A stretch of 64,000 nt of DNA, from NCBI GenBank assembly GCA_947626095.1, contig CANQQV010000005.1:1-64000 (forward strand), given 5' to 3'. Positions within the stretch are counted from its first letter, which is position 1. Every line of letters begins with the position of its first letter. The position numbers and the translations under genes were made by a program. Below the pieces are notes generated by a model. It had not been told where the DNA came from and ran no database searches. It was given only the letters and a program-made list of their open reading frames with translations. This DNA is from an uncultured Bacilli bacterium. Lineage in GTDB: Bacteria; Bacillota_I; Bacilli_A; RF39; UBA660. This document shows positions 48,290-58,788 of the stretch, in pieces.

Positions 48290-50041
48290 TTACATTCTAT
48301 CTGGTACTTCGATACCTAAAATATTTAATAGCTTCATATTATTTTCATAGATAACTTTAGTAAGAATTAACCAAGATTCTTGTAAAGATTTATCTTCTTC
48401 TGTAAGTATATGATGGTTAGCATAAAAGTTGTTATATAGATTGGTTATTTTATATAAATGTTCAGTAATATCATTTAGAGATTTGACATTTATTGATTTA
48501 GTTAGAACACTTCTTAAGTTTAATAAACAGATTATAACGTCACGATCGAGATTATTATTAATTATTTTGTATTCATTATATTTTAAATTAGCTTCTTCGG
48601 CTTTTTTTAGTAATGAACGCATTCTAATTGTGGAATATAGAAGATATGGCCCTGTTTTACCTTGTAGGTCACTAAATTTAACTGGATCAAAGTTATAATC
48701 AGTTAAACGGAATGGAATTAAGTCAGCATACTTAATGGCTGCTACCGATAAGGTTTCAGCAACTTTATCACGTTCATCACCAGTTATATTTGGTAAGATT
48801 TTCTTTTCACATTCGACTTTAGCTAGATCAAGTAGGGCTTCAAGAGTCATTACGCCACCATCTCTAGTTTTAAATGGTTTACCATCGGCACCATTCATTG
48901 TACCAAAAGGAATAAATTCTAATTTAACATTATCATCAACGATATGAGATTTTTGAGCTGCTCTAAAGACTTGTTCAAAATGTAATGATTGACGAGCATC
49001 AGTTAAATACCATATTTCATCTGGATGCCATTTTTTCATTCTCTCCCAGATACAAGCTAAATCGGTTGTTTCGTATGATGCACTACCATTTGATTTAACT
49101 AATAATAAAGGAGGTATTTCATGGTCATCGTCTTCTTCTTTAACGTTAATAACACGAGCTCCTTCACTATTCTCAACAATGTGTTCGCGTTCTAAATACT
49201 CTGTCATTTCATCAATATATTTATAGCCGTCTGATTCACCTTCCCAGACTTCGAAGGTTGTATTTAATTTATCGTAAATTCTTTTAATATCAGTTTTAGA
49301 AACATTCATAATATGATGCCATAAAGCCATTAAGCCTTTTTCGCCTTCTTGGAATTTAGAAGTCATTAAACGAGCTTCTTCCATATATGTTTCATCTTCT
49401 TTGGCTTTATTACTAGCATATGGATACATTTCCATTAAATCATCATTAGTAACTGGTGATTCAGTTGGATATTCACCACTAAAATCTGGATCAAAATATG
49501 GTAATTCTGGATGACGATGCTTTAGTTCAACCATTACTAATCCGATTGGACGTCCCCAGTCACCTAAGTGAGCATCGGCAATCGTTTTATTACCTAAAGC
49601 GTTTGATAGTCTTTTTAAAGCTTCACCAATATTAGCACTTCTTAAATGGCCGACATGTAAGGCTTTAGCAACATTAGCACCACCGTAATCCATAAAAATG
49701 GTTTTAGGATGATCATTTTCGTAATTAATGTTAATATTAGTATTTAAATCATTAACATGTTTAATTAAAGATTCATTACTAAAAGTAATATTGATAAAAC
49801 CTGGTCCAGCAATATTTATATCTTGATAATGATTATCTTTTTTTATACATTCAACTATTTCAGTAGCTATATCACGTGGATTTTTACCATATTGTTTAGA
49901 CATAGCCATAGCTCCATTAAATTGATAATCACCAAATTCCGGACGTGAGGAAACATTTAAAACTACTTCATTACAATCATAACCACATTCTTTAATTTTA
50001 CTTTTTAAATAAGTTTGTTCTTCTTCGATAAAACTACTCAT
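48290..50041 (-). CDS. argS: Arginyl-tRNA synthetase
   Basis: GPGFIN, ANVAKALHVGHLRS, GKPFKTRDG, GPYLLY. Confidence 0.96.
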   Translation of the reverse strand: MSSFIEEEQTYLKSKIKECGYDCNEVVLNVSSRPEFGDYQFNGAMAMSKQYGKNPRDIATEIVECIKKDNHYQDINIAGPGFINITFSNESLIKHVNDLNTNININYENDHPKTIFMDYGGANVAKALHVGHLRSANIGEALKRLSNALGNKTIADAHLGDWGRPIGLVMVELKHRHPELPYFDPDFSGEYPTESPVTNDDLMEMYPYASNKAKEDETYMEEARLMTSKFQEGEKGLMALWHHIMNVSKTDIKRIYDKLNTTFEVWEGESDGYKYIDEMTEYLEREHIVENSEGARVINVKEEDDDHEIPPLLLVKSNGSASYETTDLACIWERMKKWHPDEIWYLTDARQSLHFEQVFRAAQKSHIVDDNVKLEFIPFGTMNGADGKPFKTRDGGVMTLEALLDLAKVECEKKILPNITGDERDKVAETLSVAAIKYADLIPFRLTDYNFDPVKFSDLQGKTGPYLLYSTIRMRSLLKKAEEANLKYNEYKIINNNLDRDVIICLLNLRSVLTKSINVKSLNDITEHLYKITNLYNNFYANHHILTEEDKSLQESWLILTKVIYENNMKLLNILGIEVPDRM

Positions 50042-50387
50042 TTACATCACCTTCAATATTAATTTCTATTTTAATAATATCTTCATCACTAGATAATCTA
50101 TACTCTAATATTATATTATTATCAGTAAATTTAGAAGATAATTTTAAGACTTCAATGTCAAATAACATATCATTTTCTTTTAATAAATATAAACCTTCTT
50201 TAGTTATTAAATCTAAGCTAAATTTAAATTCATTATTTTCTCTAGTAAACTTCTTTTTACTAATTGTTGTTTTAGTACCATCAATTTTAAAAGTATAAGT
50301 ATCATTAGTATATAAAGCTTTAATATTAAAATATTCATTTTCAATCTTTTTAGCTTTATAAAGTCTTAAATTTAATAACTTTTTCAT
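50034..50387 (-). CDS. DUF1934 (YwiB-like) protein
   Basis: Beta-rich ~117 aa directly upstream of argS, as ywiB is in Bacilli. Confidence 0.5.
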   Translation of the reverse strand: MKKLLNLRLYKAKKIENEYFNIKALYTNDTYTFKIDGTKTTISKKKFTRENNEFKFSLDLITKEGLYLLKENDMLFDIEVLKLSSKFTDNNIILEYRLSSDEDIIKIEINIEGDVNE

Positions 50388-50472
50388 AAAGGTCATTCCT
50401 TTTGCCAGTGATTATAACATAATATTATATAGTTTGCACTTATAATTTAGAAATTTTTTTTAATAATAATTA

Positions 50473-52434
50473 ATGGGTGTTTTTATGAAATTATTAAAAA
50501 AATTATTTACTTTAGTTTGTGTTTTATTTATTATGGGTATTTTTGGGATTGTTGGATTATATTTATACGCTTATTTTTCACCAAAGTTAGATATTAAAAA
50601 TACTAATCAAATATATATTTATGATGATAAAGAGGATTTAGTTTATCAAGGTTCAGGTAATAATGAATGGGTTTCTTTAGATAATATATCACCATACTTT
50701 ATTGATGCGGTATTAAGTACAGAAGATAAGAATTTTTATAAACACCATGGATTTGATATACCAAGAATTATTAAAGCTATGTATGTAAATATTAAAAGTG
50801 GCAGTATTGTCCAAGGAGCTTCAACAATTAGTCAACAATATATTAAGAATATGTATTTAGATTTTGATAAGACTTGGAAAAGAAAAATAGAAGAAGCTTT
50901 TTTAACTTTAAGATTAGAAGTTCAGTATGAGAAAAGTGAAATATTGGAAGGATATTTGAATACAATTAATTTTGGTCAAGGTAATTATGGTGTTGAAAAT
51001 GCTAGTCATTTTTATTTTAATAAGGATGCAAAAGATTTAACTTTGGAAGAAGCGATTATTTTAGCAGGTATTCCAAAATCGCCGAATAAATATAATCCAG
51101 TTAGTGATTATGAAGCTTCTTTAAAGAGAGCTAAAGTAATTAGTAAGTTAATGCTTAATAATGATTGTATTGATCAAGGTACTTATGATAACTTATTTAA
51201 AGATGATATAGCGATATATGGTAAAGCAAGTGATAATAATTTAAATATGCTAATGTATTATCAAGATGCGGTTTATGATGAATTAGAAAGTTTAGAAGCA
51301 ATACCTGATTCGTTGATTGAATCCGGAGGAATTAGAATTTATACTTCACTTAATATGGATGCGCAAAAGTTAATGGAAGAAAATATCTTAGCCGAAATGA
51401 AAGATGAAGATAGTATGCAAGTAGCAAGTATTATTGTTAATCCTAAAACTGGTGGAGTTATGGCTTTAACTGGTGGGTTTGATTATGCTAAAAGTCAGTA
51501 TAACCGAGCAATAAGTAGTAAAAGACAAGTGGGATCATCTATTAAACCGATTCTTTATTATGCGGCATTAGAAAATGGGATGGTTTCTTCTTCAACTTTC
51601 TTAAGTGAACCAACAACTTTTATGTTTTCATCTAATCAAGAATATTCACCATCTAATTATAATGATAAGTATGGAAATAAAAATATTACAATGGCCGCGG
51701 CGATTGCTTATTCAGATAATATTTATGCGGTTAAGACACATTTATTTTTAGGGGAAGATACTTTAGTTAATACAGCTCATAGGATGGGTATTAAAGCCGA
51801 TTTACAAGCTATACCTTCTCTGGCTTTAGGTACTTGTGAATTAAGTATGTTAGATTTTGCAAGAGCTTATACAACTTTAGCTAGTGGCGGCTATAAAAGA
51901 GATTTAACGTTTATTAATAGAATTGAAGATATACAAGGAAATGTATTATATGAAAAGAATGATAGTGCTGATTTAGTATTAAATGAAGCTTATGACTATA
52001 TATTAAATGAAATGATGACTTCGACTTATAATTCAGCTTTCGTAGATTATAATACACCAACGGTTATGAGTGTTGCTTCGAAGATATCAAGTAAGTATGC
52101 TATAAAGACTGGTTCATCTGGAACTGATTGTTGGATGGTTGGGTATAACCCAAATGTTTTGATGATGGTATGGAATGGTAATGATGATAATAGCGAACTT
52201 AAAGTAGCGGATGGTAAGATATCCAAAAACATTTGGGTGAATACAGTAGAAAATTTAGATATCGATAAGACTTGGTATGAAAAACCAGCTAATGTAGTTG
52301 GAGTGCCACTTAATGCAATTACTGGGGAAGAAACGAAAGATACGAAAAATTCAACAATCTTTTATTATGTAAGTGGTAGTGAATATCGTAATGCGGATAC
52401 AGAAGCAGTTTTTAAAGAAGTAACTAAAGAATAA
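50473..52434 (+). CDS. Class A penicillin-binding protein (PbpG-like)
   Basis: EDKNFYKHHG, GASTISQQ, RKIEE; SSIK, SDN, KTG. Confidence 0.92.
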   Translation: MGVFMKLLKKLFTLVCVLFIMGIFGIVGLYLYAYFSPKLDIKNTNQIYIYDDKEDLVYQGSGNNEWVSLDNISPYFIDAVLSTEDKNFYKHHGFDIPRIIKAMYVNIKSGSIVQGASTISQQYIKNMYLDFDKTWKRKIEEAFLTLRLEVQYEKSEILEGYLNTINFGQGNYGVENASHFYFNKDAKDLTLEEAIILAGIPKSPNKYNPVSDYEASLKRAKVISKLMLNNDCIDQGTYDNLFKDDIAIYGKASDNNLNMLMYYQDAVYDELESLEAIPDSLIESGGIRIYTSLNMDAQKLMEENILAEMKDEDSMQVASIIVNPKTGGVMALTGGFDYAKSQYNRAISSKRQVGSSIKPILYYAALENGMVSSSTFLSEPTTFMFSSNQEYSPSNYNDKYGNKNITMAAAIAYSDNIYAVKTHLFLGEDTLVNTAHRMGIKADLQAIPSLALGTCELSMLDFARAYTTLASGGYKRDLTFINRIEDIQGNVLYEKNDSADLVLNEAYDYILNEMMTSTYNSAFVDYNTPTVMSVASKISSKYAIKTGSSGTDCWMVGYNPNVLMMVWNGNDDNSELKVADGKISKNIWVNTVENLDIDKTWYEKPANVVGVPLNAITGEETKDTKNSTIFYYVSGSEYRNADTEAVFKEVTKE

Positions 52435-52469
52435 GAAAAGATACATAGTGTTGATTATGTATCTTTTTC
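52433..52469. terminator. Bidirectional terminator
   Basis: AAAAGATACATA...TATGTATCTTTT inverted repeat. Confidence 0.75.
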
Positions 52470-52496
52470 AAATGTATATAATAAAAAGACAACTTT

Positions 52497-54017
52497 TTAG
52501 TTGTCTTTATGTATTTGCATTGTAATTTGATAATTGTTATCAAAGTCGATTTCTTCAACATTAATGAAGAAACCTTTTTCGCCTAATCCTTCAATACAAG
52601 AACGAACTGTAGCAATTGCATCTTTTAAATCCATCTTACCTGGAGCGGCTGGTTTTTGACCATTATTCATTAGTTGATCTACAGCTTGCATTGGATCCAC
52701 TTCTTTTTCTTCTTTATTAGCTATTTCAATTTCTGGACTATTATCCATAACTGGAGTAAAGAATTTATTATTTGGATTACGATCAAAATCAGTATTTAAT
52801 GGAGCACCATTATATGGATTAATTGAACTATTAACGACTGGTTTAGGTGGTTCTGGTTTTGGCTCTTCTACTGGAGTTGGATTAGGATTATTATTCATAT
52901 TGATAAATGAATTACTTGGAGTTGGTGAATCAAATACTTCAAAAGTATTATTATTTTCAGCAACTGGAGTCATATTATTCATTGTATTATTCATTAGTTC
53001 TGTGGAATTCATAAAATTTGATTGTGGAGTTGTATTATTATCAAAAGTATTTGCCATATTAAAGTATTTATTTTGTTCTGAAGGTTGTTCAACGATACTT
53101 TCTGGTGGCATAATTGTACTTACAGAATTTGGTGTAGCAATATTAAATTCAGGAATCGTTGTTGCTTGAGTATATGGAGCTGGTTCTTCTAACGATTCTG
53201 GTTCATTTGATACTGGTTGAATATTATTTGATACTGGTGTTTCCTCTAATGTTTCTAATGTTTCTAGTTGCTCTGGAGGATTATTTTTAATTCGATTAGC
53301 TTCACTAATATCGATTGAATTAGCTTTGATATCTTCGATACTTGGAATTGATGATACTAATGGAACTTCACCAGTACCTTCATCTTCTTCATCGGCACTA
53401 ACCATTTGATTAGCTTCATTTAATTTTTTTAATTCTAAGTCTAATTGTCTAACTGTTAAACGTTCATTAATTATACGATGTAGCCATTCTCTTTGGGCAT
53501 TCTTGTCTTCTAAAGATAACAAAGTACGAGCATGACGTTCAGATATTTTTTCTTCAAGTAAGGCTTGTTGTACTTCTTCGTCTAAGTTTAATAAACGTAA
53601 TTTATTAGCAATAGATGGTTGAGATAAACCCATTCTTTTAGCTAGTTGTTCTTGAGTAAGATAACCTTTATCAAGTAAACTTTTATATGAACGAGCTTCC
53701 TCAATAGCTGTTAAATCTCTTCTTTGAACATTTTCAACTAAAGCTACTTCGGCTGATTTATTATCATCGATATTAGCTATTACTGCTGGAACTGTAGTAA
53801 GACCAGCTATTTGAGCAGCTTTATATCTTCTTTCACCAGCAATTATTTCATATTTATCGCCTAATTTTCTTAATACTAATGGTTGGATAATACCATGTTC
53901 TCTAATAGAATCAGCAAGTTCTTTTAAACCTTGTTCATCGAATGAAAGTCTTGGTTGGAATCTATTAGGTATTATATCTTCAATATGTACTTGTAGTACG
54001 CCTGATTCTAGATTCAT
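52497..54017 (-). CDS. noc: Nucleoid occlusion protein Noc-like (ParB family) with a long disordered insertion
   Basis: PNRFQPR, AGERR, HTH SQPSIANKLRLL, SERHAR; Noc-type C-terminal domain; follows rsmG. Confidence 0.85.
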   Translation of the reverse strand: MNLESGVLQVHIEDIIPNRFQPRLSFDEQGLKELADSIREHGIIQPLVLRKLGDKYEIIAGERRYKAAQIAGLTTVPAVIANIDDNKSAEVALVENVQRRDLTAIEEARSYKSLLDKGYLTQEQLAKRMGLSQPSIANKLRLLNLDEEVQQALLEEKISERHARTLLSLEDKNAQREWLHRIINERLTVRQLDLELKKLNEANQMVSADEEDEGTGEVPLVSSIPSIEDIKANSIDISEANRIKNNPPEQLETLETLEETPVSNNIQPVSNEPESLEEPAPYTQATTIPEFNIATPNSVSTIMPPESIVEQPSEQNKYFNMANTFDNNTTPQSNFMNSTELMNNTMNNMTPVAENNNTFEVFDSPTPSNSFINMNNNPNPTPVEEPKPEPPKPVVNSSINPYNGAPLNTDFDRNPNNKFFTPVMDNSPEIEIANKEEKEVDPMQAVDQLMNNGQKPAAPGKMDLKDAIATVRSCIEGLGEKGFFINVEEIDFDNNYQITMQIHKDN

Positions 54018-54074
54018 ATAATCAGCCCCTTTTATCTAGTCTTTCCTATTATTAATAATACCCTATTTTACTTT

Positions 54075-54782
54075 TTATTTCAATGGGTACTTAACTATCT
54101 TGTCATATCTTCTTGGGTATTCCTTAGGTGTATTATTTATTTTTTTTATTTTAATTATATTTCTGGTACTTTCTTCGTATGGTAAAGAAAATTTAATTAT
54201 TTCTTCAATGTTTCCACCTAGCTTTTTAATCGCATTTAATGAAGAATTTATCTCTTCTTCATTTGATCCTTTTAAAGGAATAAAATAGCCATTTAATTTA
54301 GTTAGTGGTAAACATAATTCTGATAATGTAGTCATATTACTTACAGCTCTGGCAGTAACTAGGTCGAAGATTTCACGATTTTGAAGACAGAATTCTTCGG
54401 CACGACCATGATAATAATTTATATTAGTTAGTTGTAATTTATTTCCCAATTCTTGTAGGAAGTTGATTTTTTTATTGTTAGAATCTAGCAATGTTACTTC
54501 AATGTTGGGAAATAATATTTTAATAACCATACCAGGAAATCCTGCACCTGTGCCAATATCTATTAAGTTATTTATTTTATTTAAGTCAATTGCTTTTACT
54601 AAAGTTAGAGAATCATAAAAATGTTTTAAATAGATTTGGTCTTCTTCAGTAATAGCTGTTAGGTTGGTATGAGAGTTATATTCAACTAAGAATTTAGCAT
54701 AGATATCTAACTTATTTAATTGTTCTTCTGTTAGATTAAGACCTAGTTTGCTAACTTCTTTTATAAATTCTTCTTTATTCAT
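54075..54782 (-). CDS. rsmG: 16S rRNA m7G527 methyltransferase
   Basis: NLTAI, KHFYDS, DIGTGAGFPG, TARAV. Confidence 0.96.
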   Translation of the reverse strand: MNKEEFIKEVSKLGLNLTEEQLNKLDIYAKFLVEYNSHTNLTAITEEDQIYLKHFYDSLTLVKAIDLNKINNLIDIGTGAGFPGMVIKILFPNIEVTLLDSNNKKINFLQELGNKLQLTNINYYHGRAEEFCLQNREIFDLVTARAVSNMTTLSELCLPLTKLNGYFIPLKGSNEEEINSSLNAIKKLGGNIEEIIKFSLPYEESTRNIIKIKKINNTPKEYPRRYDKIVKYPLK

Positions 54783-56643
54783 CTTTACCATATTCCTTTT
54801 TTAAATAAACTGAAAGAATTGAAATATCAGCAGGATTTACACCACTAATTCGAATTGCTTGAGCTATTGTTTTAGGTCTTACTTCTTTTAGTTTTTGACG
54901 GGCTTCAGAAGCAATATTTTTAATCTTATCATAATCAATATCTTCAGGTATTTGTTTTTTTTCAAGTTTTAACATTTTTTCAGCTTCTTTATAAGCTTTG
55001 GCAATATATCCTTCGTATTTTAAATTGATTTCGATTTGTTCTTTGATTTCGTCAGGATATGGTATTTCAACTATTTCATTTAAAAAGTTCATTGTTATTT
55101 CTGGTCTTTTGATTAATTGTTCTAGGGTAATACCATTGTTAGGTACTTGGTAGTTATTAGTAATAAATTTATTTTTGATTTCGTCAGTTAGTTTTAATTT
55201 AGTTTCTTTCATATAGTTAAGTAATTCGTTTATAGACTCTTCTTTAGTTTGTAAACGTTTTATTTGTTCTTCGTTTATTAGTCCGACCTCATAACCATAT
55301 TTTCTTAAACGTAAATCAGCATTATCACTACGTAATAATAATCTAAATTCAGCACGGGAAGTTAGTAAACGGTACGGATCTCTAATTCCTTTAGTAATTA
55401 AATCATCGATTAAAACACCGATATAAGCATCAGATCTTTTTAAGACGAATGGTTCTTTTCCTTCTAGTTTTAGAGAAGCGTTGATACCTGCCATTAAACC
55501 TTGGCAAGCAGCTTCTTCATAACCACTTGTACCATTTATTTGACCAGCAGTATATAAGTTTTCAATTATTTTAGTTTCTAATGAAGCATTAAGTTGTGTT
55601 GGATAGATAGCATCATATTCAATGGCATAACCATATTTTAAGATTTTAGCATTTTCTAAGCCTGGTAAGCTATGTACCATTAATTCTTGAATTTCAGGAG
55701 GCATAGAAGTTGAAAATCCTTGAAGATAGATATCGTCATAATAACGACTTTCTGGTTCTAAGAATAGTTGATGTCTTTCTTTATCAGCAAAACGAGTTAC
55801 TTTATCTTCAATTGATGGACAATATCTTGGACCAATACCTTTAATATCATCTAGTGCACCATACATACTTGATTTATTTAAATTATCTCTAATTATTTGA
55901 TGAGTTTTTTCTGTTGTATAAGTTAGATAGCATGGTTCTTGGTCTTCGATTTTATATGATGGTTCTAAATCAAAACTAAAGGTATGATATACACTATCAC
56001 CTGGTTCTAATTTAGTTTTAGAAAAATCAATTGTTTTACGATCGATTCTTTGTGGTGTACCAGTTTTTAATCTAATTATATTAAAGCCATATTCTTTTAA
56101 TTTATCACTTAGGAAGGTAGATGGTTTTTCACCATGAGGACCTTTTCTTGTACGAGTATTTCCCACTAAAATATCAGCTTTTAAATATGTACCAGTAGTT
56201 AGAATGACAGCTTGGGAAATAATTTTAGTACCATCTTCTAGGATAACTCCCCCTACTTTGCCATCTTCAATTATTAGGTCTTCAACCATTCCTTCTTTAA
56301 TATCTAAGTATTCTAATTTATTTAAAGTATTTAGCATTTCTTTTGGATAAGCTATTTTATCGCCTTGAGCACGTAATGATTGGACAGCTGGACCTTTAGC
56401 ACTATTTAGCATTTTGATTTGTAAATGGGTTTTATCAGCTACTTTACCCATAATGCCACCTAAGGCATCTATTTCTCTAACTACTATACCTTTAGCACTA
56501 CCACCAATATGAGGATTACAAGGCATATCAGCGATATTTTTTAAGTTACTGGTTATTAATAAAGTTTTATGTTTTTTAGTAGCGCAGGCATGAGCTGCTT
56601 CACAGCCGGCATGTCCCCCACCGACAACAATTATTTCATACAT
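54775..56643 (-). CDS. mnmG: tRNA uridine-5-carboxymethylaminomethyl modification enzyme
   Basis: GGGHAGCEAA, LKTGTP, GPRYCPSIEDK, GQINGTSGYEEAA. Confidence 0.98.
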   Translation of the reverse strand: MYEIIVVGGGHAGCEAAHACATKKHKTLLITSNLKNIADMPCNPHIGGSAKGIVVREIDALGGIMGKVADKTHLQIKMLNSAKGPAVQSLRAQGDKIAYPKEMLNTLNKLEYLDIKEGMVEDLIIEDGKVGGVILEDGTKIISQAVILTTGTYLKADILVGNTRTRKGPHGEKPSTFLSDKLKEYGFNIIRLKTGTPQRIDRKTIDFSKTKLEPGDSVYHTFSFDLEPSYKIEDQEPCYLTYTTEKTHQIIRDNLNKSSMYGALDDIKGIGPRYCPSIEDKVTRFADKERHQLFLEPESRYYDDIYLQGFSTSMPPEIQELMVHSLPGLENAKILKYGYAIEYDAIYPTQLNASLETKIIENLYTAGQINGTSGYEEAACQGLMAGINASLKLEGKEPFVLKRSDAYIGVLIDDLITKGIRDPYRLLTSRAEFRLLLRSDNADLRLRKYGYEVGLINEEQIKRLQTKEESINELLNYMKETKLKLTDEIKNKFITNNYQVPNNGITLEQLIKRPEITMNFLNEIVEIPYPDEIKEQIEINLKYEGYIAKAYKEAEKMLKLEKKQIPEDIDYDKIKNIASEARQKLKEVRPKTIAQAIRISGVNPADISILSVYLKKEYGKDE

Positions 56644-56661
56644 AGTTATTCACACCTCTTT

Positions 56662-58029
56662 TTATTTCCCAAGACAAAATCTACTAAACATTTCATCTAG
56701 TAATTCTTCTTCATAGGTAGTTCCATTAATCATACCTAGTTGTTCCCAAATATTTTTGATATCAAGTTCGATCATATCTATTGGTTGGTTATCTTTTAAA
56801 CCTTTTTCAATTTCTTCAATTGAAGTTAGACATTTTCTTAAGATACTTATACTACGACTATTACTTAGGTATGTTGGGTCAGCACTTTCTAGTTTATTTA
56901 GGTTAAATAATTCAATTATTTTGTTTTTTAATTCGTCAATTCCTTGATTATCTTTAATACTCATGTTGATAAGGCGAGATTTATCAACATTTAATTTAGT
57001 TATATCTATTTTAGAAGCTAAATCACATTTATTTAATATAACAATATATTCTTTTTCTTTAATTTTAGTTAGTAATTCTTCGATATCTGGGGTTAGTTCT
57101 TCATTATTATTTAGAACTAATAATACTAAGTCAGCTTCATCAATTGTTTTTAAGCTTTTAGAAACACCGATAGATTCTACTTTATCATCAGTTTTACGAA
57201 TACCAGCTGTATCGATTATATTTAAAATTATGCCATTAATACTTATTTGACCTTCGACTATATCTCTAGTTGTACCAGCGATATCGGTAACAATGGCTTT
57301 ATCTTCTTCTAGTAAAGCATTTAGTAAACTACTTTTACCGACGTTAGGACGACCAACGATGGATGTTTTAATGCCTTCTTTAATTATTTGACCGTTTTTA
57401 CTTTCTTCTAATATTTTATTAATTCTTTCTTTTAAGGATGTTATTTTAGGAATAAGTAAGTCGTTTGTTATTATATCGACATCATCATATTCAGGATAAT
57501 CGATATTAACGTTGATATTAGATATTATTTGAACTAAATCACTACGTAAGTTATTAATTAAATTTGAGACTTTACCAGTTACTGTATTAGTAGCTAGTTC
57601 TCTTTGAGTATCAGTTTTAGCATTGATTAAGTCCATTACACCTTCGGCTTCTAGTAAGTCGATACGGCCGTTTAGGAAAGCTCTTTTAGTAAATTCACCT
57701 GGTTCAGCTAGACGACAACCATTTGTAAGTAATAATTCTAGGACTTTATTAGTTGAGGCAATACCACCATGCGTGTTTATTTCAATAACATTTTCTCTAG
57801 TAAAAGTTTTAGGAGCTAACATAACGGATACTAAGACTTCATCAATTACTTTATTATCAGATGGATCGATTATTTTACCATAGTTAATAGTATGAGTTGC
57901 TACTTTAGTTAGGTCTTTACCTTTAAATAGTTTATTTACTATTTCAACTGACTCATCACCACTAACTCTAATGATAGCGATAGCCCCTACTCCTTGACTG
58001 GTAGCTATGGCACAGATTGTATCATTCAT
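56662..58029 (-). CDS. mnmE: tRNA modification GTPase
   Basis: DTICAIAT, GRPNVGKSS, DTAG, C-terminal FCLGK. Confidence 0.98.
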   Translation of the reverse strand: MNDTICAIATSQGVGAIAIIRVSGDESVEIVNKLFKGKDLTKVATHTINYGKIIDPSDNKVIDEVLVSVMLAPKTFTRENVIEINTHGGIASTNKVLELLLTNGCRLAEPGEFTKRAFLNGRIDLLEAEGVMDLINAKTDTQRELATNTVTGKVSNLINNLRSDLVQIISNINVNIDYPEYDDVDIITNDLLIPKITSLKERINKILEESKNGQIIKEGIKTSIVGRPNVGKSSLLNALLEEDKAIVTDIAGTTRDIVEGQISINGIILNIIDTAGIRKTDDKVESIGVSKSLKTIDEADLVLLVLNNNEELTPDIEELLTKIKEKEYIVILNKCDLASKIDITKLNVDKSRLINMSIKDNQGIDELKNKIIELFNLNKLESADPTYLSNSRSISILRKCLTSIEEIEKGLKDNQPIDMIELDIKNIWEQLGMINGTTYEEELLDEMFSRFCLGK

Positions 58030-58112
58030 ATTTTTAGCTCCTTTCGGCCTGTATTATAGCATACTTTAGGTATTTGGGAAATGATTTTTATTATATATTA
58101 ATTATAGCAAAA

Positions 58113-58130
58113 TTATTTCCCGGGAAATAA
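58113..58130. promoter_or_regulatory. Perfect Noc-binding-site palindrome overlapping the putative mnmE operon promoter
   Basis: TTATTTCCCGGGAAATAA contains ATTTCCCGGGAAAT (B. subtilis NBS consensus); TGcTATAAT at 58101-58109 on the minus strand. Confidence 0.7.
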
Positions 58131-58145
58131 AAAAGAAGAGTTACT

Positions 58146-58787
58146 TTACTCTTCTTCACCATTTTCTTCTGGCTCTTCAGTTTCGACATATCTAATAACA
58201 ATATGACGATTTGGCTCTTCACCTTCACTAGTAGTTGATAGATTTTTGTATTTAGATAAGGCATTATGAATTATTCTTCTTTCATAAGAGTTCATATTAT
58301 CTAAACTAACATCTATTTTGGTTTTTAATACTTCACGAGCAATACGTTTAGCATTTCTTTCTAAATTAGATATTTTCTTTTCTTTATAGTTTTCAACATC
58401 TAATAAGATATATGGGTATGTACCAATTTCATTAAAAGCTATTTGACGTAGAACTGTTTGGATAGCCATTAATGTTTGACCATTACGACCAATTAAAATA
58501 TTATTTTTATCAGAATACATTTTAATGTTGATTTGTTCATCTCTAACATTTGTTTCGAATTGGCATTCGATTCCCATATTTTTTAACATTTCAGCTAATT
58601 TTTCTTTTAAGAAATTAGCAACATCAGTTATTTTAACTACTTTGCAAATATAAGTTGTAGCTTTGAATAATTTACCCTTTTTTTCTTCTTCTTTAATGAA
58701 TACTTCATTTTCTGTAACATTTAATTCAGCTAAAGCTTTTTCTTTAGCTTCCTCTTTTGTTTTTCCTTCAAATACTTCAATCTTCAT
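58146..58787 (-). CDS. jag: RNA-binding protein Jag/EloR (KH + R3H)
   Basis: LIGRNGQTL, LDVENY, ERRIIH, SEGEEPNR. Confidence 0.93.
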   Translation of the reverse strand: MKIEVFEGKTKEEAKEKALAELNVTENEVFIKEEEKKGKLFKATTYICKVVKITDVANFLKEKLAEMLKNMGIECQFETNVRDEQINIKMYSDKNNILIGRNGQTLMAIQTVLRQIAFNEIGTYPYILLDVENYKEKKISNLERNAKRIAREVLKTKIDVSLDNMNSYERRIIHNALSKYKNLSTTSEGEEPNRHIVIRYVETEEPEENGEEE

Positions 58788-58788
58788 A

